Assembly: GCA_950097015.1 (NCBI GenBank)
Contig: CATNEN010000012.1
Location: 3,348,001 to 3,412,000, forward strand
Origin: Macrostomum hystrix
Taxonomy: Eukaryota; Animalia; Platyhelminthes
Direction of reading: 5' to 3'
DNA: 64,000 nucleotides
The notes under the pieces were generated by a model, which was not told the DNA's origin, did not search any database, and saw only the letters and a list, made by a program, of their open reading frames with translations. Position 1 is the stretch's first letter. Each line of letters begins with the position of its first letter. Of this stretch, positions 58,901-64,000 are shown piece after piece. The translations under genes and the position numbers were made by a program.

Positions 58901-59270
58901 TATGCGCGAGCCATCAGACATTGCCATCCAGGGTCGCGAGTATTTCATTTGCGATTTCAAAGGCCACTGCGTCTGCGTATTCCAGGACGATGGCACTTTC
59001 CTCCGCCGCATCGGCTCCGAGTCCATCACCAACTTTCCCAACGGTATTGATATTAGCGATCACGGCGACGTTCTGGTTGGCGACTCGCATGGCAACAAAT
59101 TTCACGTGGCCGTGTTCAATCCGGCTGGCCAGCTGACCTCCGAGTTCGAATGCTCGGCTGTAAAGGTGTCCCGCTGCTGCGGACTCAAGATCACTAGCGA
59201 GGGCTACGTTGTCACCCTAGCCAAGAACAACCACCATGTGTTAGTGCTCAACACACTCTACATTGCCTGA
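49912..59270 (+). CDS. mei-P26: TRIM-NHL protein, mei-P26/NHL-2 subfamily; exons 49912-50370, 50879-51340, 52013-52531, 57553-58059, 58575-59270 (880 aa)
   Basis: RING, two B-boxes, coiled coil and NHL domain. NHL motifs [33 protein letters not shown]-like [20 protein letters not shown] and [33 protein letters not shown] are those I recognise from the Mei-P26/NHL-2 subfamily rather than Brat or Lin-41. All four introns are phase 0 GT-AG. Confidence 0.93.
50480..50735 (+). mobile_element. tRNA-derived SINE, copy C (in mei-P26 intron 1)
   Basis: B box GGTTCGATTCC at 50523 and a body shared with copies A and B. Confidence 0.8.
51358..51985. repeat. 37-bp minisatellite AATACTCTACTCAGATCATTCTTAGACTCAGGCCTAC filling mei-P26 intron 2
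   Basis: Direct tandem units. Confidence 0.96.
52590..57470. repeat. 34-bp minisatellite CCCTAATCCTTCTAGTTGGCTTTTAGCTCCGCT(G/A), ~143 units, filling mei-P26 intron 3
   Basis: Direct tandem units; period measured at 52628/52662. Confidence 0.98.
58125..58525. repeat. 23-bp minisatellite GGATATGGGTCAGTTTCCACCTA in mei-P26 intron 4
   Basis: Direct tandem units. Confidence 0.95.
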
Positions 59271-59344
59271 GGTACGGAAACCACTGGCTAGCACCTGTGC
59301 GACCAATTTGTGTCTCCCCCTCTCTCATCTCTTACTCTGGCTCA

Positions 59345-60225
59345 CATATCTATTGTCTATCTTACCTTACTGTCTCACTTTTATCTTACCCTGTATCCCT
59401 TTTATCATCTCAGTTCACTCTGTCTCAATTTTATCTCACTATCATCTCACTCTGTCTCAATTTTATCTCACTGTCATCTCACTGTCTCAATTTTATCTCA
59501 CTATCATCTCAATGTCTCACTATTATCTTACTATCATCTCACTCTGTCTCAATTTTATCTCACTATCATCTCACTCTGTCTCACTTTTATCTTAATATCA
59601 TCTCACCCTGTCTCACTTTTATCTCACTATCATCTCACTCTGTCTCACTTTTATCTTAATATCATCTCACCCTGTCTCAATTTTATCTCACTATCATCTC
59701 ACTCTGTCTCAATTTTATCTCACTATCATCTCACTCTGTCTCAATTTTATCTTACTGTCATCTCACTCTGTCTCAATTTTATCTTACTATCATCTCACTC
59801 TGTCTCAATTTTATCTTACTGTCATCTCACTGTCTCAATTTTATCTAACTATCATCTCACTCTGTCTCACTTTTATCTCACTATCATCTCACCCTGTCTC
59901 ACTTTTATCTTACTATCATCTCACTCTGTCTCACTTTTATCTTAATATCATCTCACTATGTCTCACTTTTATCTTACTATCATCTCACTGTCTCAATTTT
60001 ATCTTACTGTCATCTCTCTGTCTCAATTTTATCTCACTGTCATCTCACTGTCTCACTATTATCTTACTATCATCTCACTCTGTCTCAATTTTATCTCACT
60101 TTCATCTCACTGTCTCACTATTATCTTACTATCATCTCACTCTGTCTCAATTTTATCTCACTGTCATCTCACTCTGTCTCACTTTTATCTTACTATCATC
60201 TCACTGTCTCATTTTTATCCCACTT
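59345..60225. repeat. 30/32-bp pyrimidine-rich minisatellite TTTTATCTCACTATCATCTCACTCTGTCTCAA
   Basis: Direct tandem units downstream of the mei-P26 stop. Confidence 0.93.
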
Positions 60226-61424
60226 TGTATTGTCTCTCTTTTTTTACTCTTTTAGCTTACCATCCTCCTATTTTATTGATAATATTTTTATTTGCCTGTT
60301 TGTATTGGTTCTCTTATAATTCCTGTGTTCTTCATGAAAAGAATTAATTATTGAATTTCAGATCACTGAAGCAGAATTCATTCGTCAGCCAAGTTGACCT
60401 CAGTTGCTAATCTTGGCCCGGGCTTGTTTGAATTAGCTCCACCATTGATCTGCTTGCTAGTTTGAAGCTACAGTTGAAATAAATTATCCTATCAACCTAT
60501 AAAAAAACAAAACGGGTGCTTTCTTTGTGTCAACATCTTTTGCTTTTGCTTTATTCGCTTCAGTTTTGCAATCCATTTTCGAGTGTAATTTCTTCTCCAG
60601 CCTTTTTTTACCTTCTTCTGTCTTTGTGTGTTTTGTGAGTCGATCAGGTCGGTTGTTATGTCTATCATCTCTTTGTCGTTATAATTGACACAACATTTTT
60701 CCTGCTTCGATTTGTTTTTAAACGTCGCGACCAAACATTTCCTTGTCTCCCACATACTGTCCTTCTGTTTTATATATAATTGATTGTCTGTTTTGCCAGC
60801 AGTTTTGCCTGAACCCTCAATTTATTTACGGCTGTCTTAGCGTAGTTGTCGGCACACTTTGCCTACATAACTAAGGGGAGAGCACTTGTTTTCACCTATG
60901 TTTTCTTCCACTCAATCTCTAGTTTTTTGTGTTTTTATACCTCCGTATTTGTTTATTTATTTATTTCTATTAGCAGCATTGCAGATGTTCCACTATAAAT
61001 CACACTAGTTGTGTCTGTTTATTAGACTATTTACAAGTGCCTAGTGAATGAGAGGCTGACTTTACTTTAGCTGACAAAAGCAACTAAATTGTCTATGTGA
61101 TACGCCTGTGTAAATCGCCCGCTGAATACACTTAAGTACTTTTTCAACGAACAGTATATTTATATGTAAAAAAAAACAAAAAATATTGCTAAAAGTATTA
61201 CTCAGTACTGCTACATGCGTTTTTTCTCGCCACACGCCAACTACTCTGAAACTTTGTCCTAATACATCCATGATATAGTTTTTTTAATTAGCTTACTTTC
61301 TGTGCTTAGGTAGCCTTGTTATATTCTGAGACTTCTAAATATACCATTTTAAACTATTAAAAAGTTGTCTATTCGTATCTTGTCGTATCTTGTCTTAGCC
61401 ACATAACCATGTACTATAACCACA

Positions 61425-61712
61425 GCCACTTCTCTGCCCCAAACTGCAGCCACCTCACTCCCTCCCTCTGCCCCGGCTGCAGCCATCTCACTCCTTCCCT
61501 CTGCCCCGACTGCAGCCATCTCACTCCTTCCCTCTGCCCCGACTGCATCTACCTCACTCCTTCCCTCTGCCCCGACTGCAGCCACCTCACTCCTTCCCTC
61601 TGCCCCGACTGCATCCACCTCACTCCTTCCCCCTGCCCCGACTGCAGCCACCTCACTCCCTCCCTCTGCCCCGACTGCAGCCACCACTCCTTCCCTCTGC
61701 CCCGACTGCAGT
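61425..61712. repeat. 33-bp minisatellite GCAGCCACCTCACTCCTTCCCTCTGCCCCGACT
   Basis: Direct tandem units. Confidence 0.93.
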
Positions 61713-62457
61713 CTCTGGCAATTCCCTTTTTCATTATGTGCTTATTTTAAAAAAACGCCGTTCCACAGATTTATCTGGCGTCGTGTTTTTTTGTCAGTTT
61801 TTACTTTACTTTTTCATCTGCGTATTAAATGGCATGAGATTAGCGTTCTTTAAATGTGACCTGTATTCGCTAGAAGTCCGATCTTTCACCTGTCCTTATT
61901 TTTTGGGCCCTGCGTTTTATAAAGATGCTCATGATTTATTCTCTCTTTGTCCAGCTCCCATTTTCATTTACCCAATCGCTTTATTTACATATACCGCAAC
62001 AGTTTGTGGCTTCCGCTTAACTTTTGAATTATGTTAAATTTTGTTTGTTAGTTTTTTTTCTTTAAAAAACCTTGGAAATCCGTGCTTTCCTGTCTGTCAG
62101 GCCTATGTGAGTGTGAGTGCAGTTTAAAACTATCATTTTTTATTTTTCTTGCTGTTGTATTTTAACGTAGATTAATGAAACTGGCATTTGCACATTCAAC
62201 TTCTATTCTAGTGTCTCCTGTGCCTAACTCACATAGCTTTTCTCATCCAGCTGCCAATTTTCTTAGCACTCTTTGTACCCTCGTGCTGTTTTATATTCAG
62301 TTTTTTGTTACCAATTTTCTGAAATTATCACCTTTAGCTACTAACGAACGCCAGACTAGCTTAAAAGCTCTAGATAGCCTATCGAAAACAATACTGAGAA
62401 ATATAAAATAAGACGTAAGCTGCCATCTGTGAGAAAGCGAATCTAAGTGTTGGTTGT

Positions 62458-63058
62458 TGCAGTCAGGGAGATCCAATGAGGTGGTGCGTGCCGCAGTCAG
62501 GGAGATCCAATGAGGTGGTGGGTGCTGCAGTCAGGGAGATCCAATGAGGTGGTGGGTGCTGCAGTCAGGGAGATCCAATGAGGTGGTGGGTGCTGCAGTC
62601 AGGGAGATCCAATGAGGTGGTGCGTGCCGCAGTCAGGGAGATCCAATGAGGTGGTGGGTGCTGCAGTCAGGGAGATCCAATGAGGTGGTGGGTGCTGCAG
62701 TCAGGGAGATCCAATGAGGTGGTGGGTGCAGCAGTCAGGGAAATCCAATGAGGTGGTGGGTGCTGCAGTCAGGGAGATCCAATGAGGTGGTGGGTGCTGC
62801 AGTCAGGGAGATCCAATGAGGTGGTGGGTGCTGCAGTCAGGGAGATCCAATGATGTGGTGGGTGCTGCAGTCAGGGAGATCCAATGAGGTGGTGGGTGCT
62901 GCAGTCAGGGAGATCCAATGAGGTGGTGGGTGCTGCAGTCAGGGAGATCCAATGAGGTGGTGGGTGCTGCAGTCAGGGAGATCCAATGAGGTGGTGGGTG
63001 CAGCAGTCAGGGAAATCCAATGAGGTGGTGGGTGCTGCAGTCAGGGAGATCCAATGGG
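62458..63058. repeat. 34-bp minisatellite GCAGTCAGGGAGATCCAATGAGGTGGTGGGTGCT
   Basis: Direct tandem units. Confidence 0.95.
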
Positions 63059-64000
63059 GTGTGTTAAAGTGTTATGCGCAAAACACATTTAGCCAGTAAG
63101 TGCTTCCTAGCTTCTGTAACATCCGGCAAAAAAGCTTGACAATAGTATTAGTTTAGCTACTAATTCTTATCGCATTGCTGGCTTTTTCTATATAGTTTTA
63201 GTCGGTTCTAGGCAACTGTCTACTGTTTCGCAATATTTTCAATGTCCTACTTGTTAGTAGTATCCTACAGCTGCAGTGCTTTTCGTGCATATCTTTTGAC
63301 TTATTAATTTGTATTCGAATGCTAGATATGTGTCTCCCTTGTCTCCAGTGCGAACAATGAACTATGGTTTTATCAAGTGCTTTTCTCCCCATTTGAGACC
63401 CGAGATTACATACGCAAACATTTAATTTACACATTTTTGTCCATCTTTTTTGCCTTTTTCATTGAAATCAGTTTAGCAATATGACTTGTTCCTGTGGCTA
63501 ACATTCGCTTACTCTGATATTGTACTTTTTATTTTATTTTTAAATCGCTCACAATTCCACACTCGCCTCAGTATTGTGCTTAGTCTATTTTGCGTGATAA
63601 GTAATATTGTTCGTGTCATTTAGTCATAACGATTGCGTGTGCAATATTATGGAATACATTTAGAATTCGCGTCACCTAGTAACTCATTCCGAAAAACGCT
63701 GCCCGCTTGTCTTAGCGCTTTTTATATTACTGACTCGACAATTTAGATTGCATAATTAAGTAGTATGTTTCATTTTTTAATTCTTTTTTTTTACTGACAA
63801 ACGAAATTGAAAGAATGAATTAATAGACTTGTCCCAGCCTATTCTTACTCTAGTTGAGACCTTATTTGGCACTTTGTGTGTGACTTTTTTGTCACAGTTT
63901 TGATTATGTAAAAGTACTTTGTTTCCTCGTCCGCTATTTATTCTTGCTGCTTTTCTTTTCTTAGTTATTTTTCTGCCTACATTTTTGTGGACATATGCAA

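Noticed and set aside
60492-60880. Minus-strand YVGK motif suggesting a GIY-YIG/Penelope remnant
   Set aside because: A single short motif followed by stops, with no other conserved residues recognisable.

Overview
Eukaryotic (metazoan) genomic DNA with GC-rich exons and AT-rich introns. About 45% of the window (roughly 29 kb by my estimate) is about 35 separate minisatellite arrays with 10-37 bp units. This architecture resembles the flatworm Macrostomum; that is an inference, not verified. Five spliced genes could be assembled by hand with canonical GT-AG junctions and consistent phases: a 5'-truncated EML/EMAP-like WD40 gene (+), an anion-type Cys-loop receptor subunit (-), a C2-less rabphilin/Noc2-like Rab effector (+), a transmembrane KIM-type tyrosine phosphatase (-) and a mei-P26/NHL-2-type TRIM-NHL gene (+). 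There are also three copies of a tRNA-derived SINE and a decayed Merlin/IS1595-type transposase fragment. Most long ORFs in the supplied track are artefacts of 21-bp or other stop-free repeat units. The main leads are: (1) receptor and Noc2 start codons only 155 bp apart, with an E-box-rich array beside them; (2) inverted arrays bracketing two receptor exons; (3) a 5-kb intron built from about 140 branch-point-plus-AG units; (4) an Asp-substituted RING finger; and (5) a cluster of TAGGCCTA palindromes. I found no clear-cut new system; these are hypotheses that need RNA-seq or genome-wide checks.
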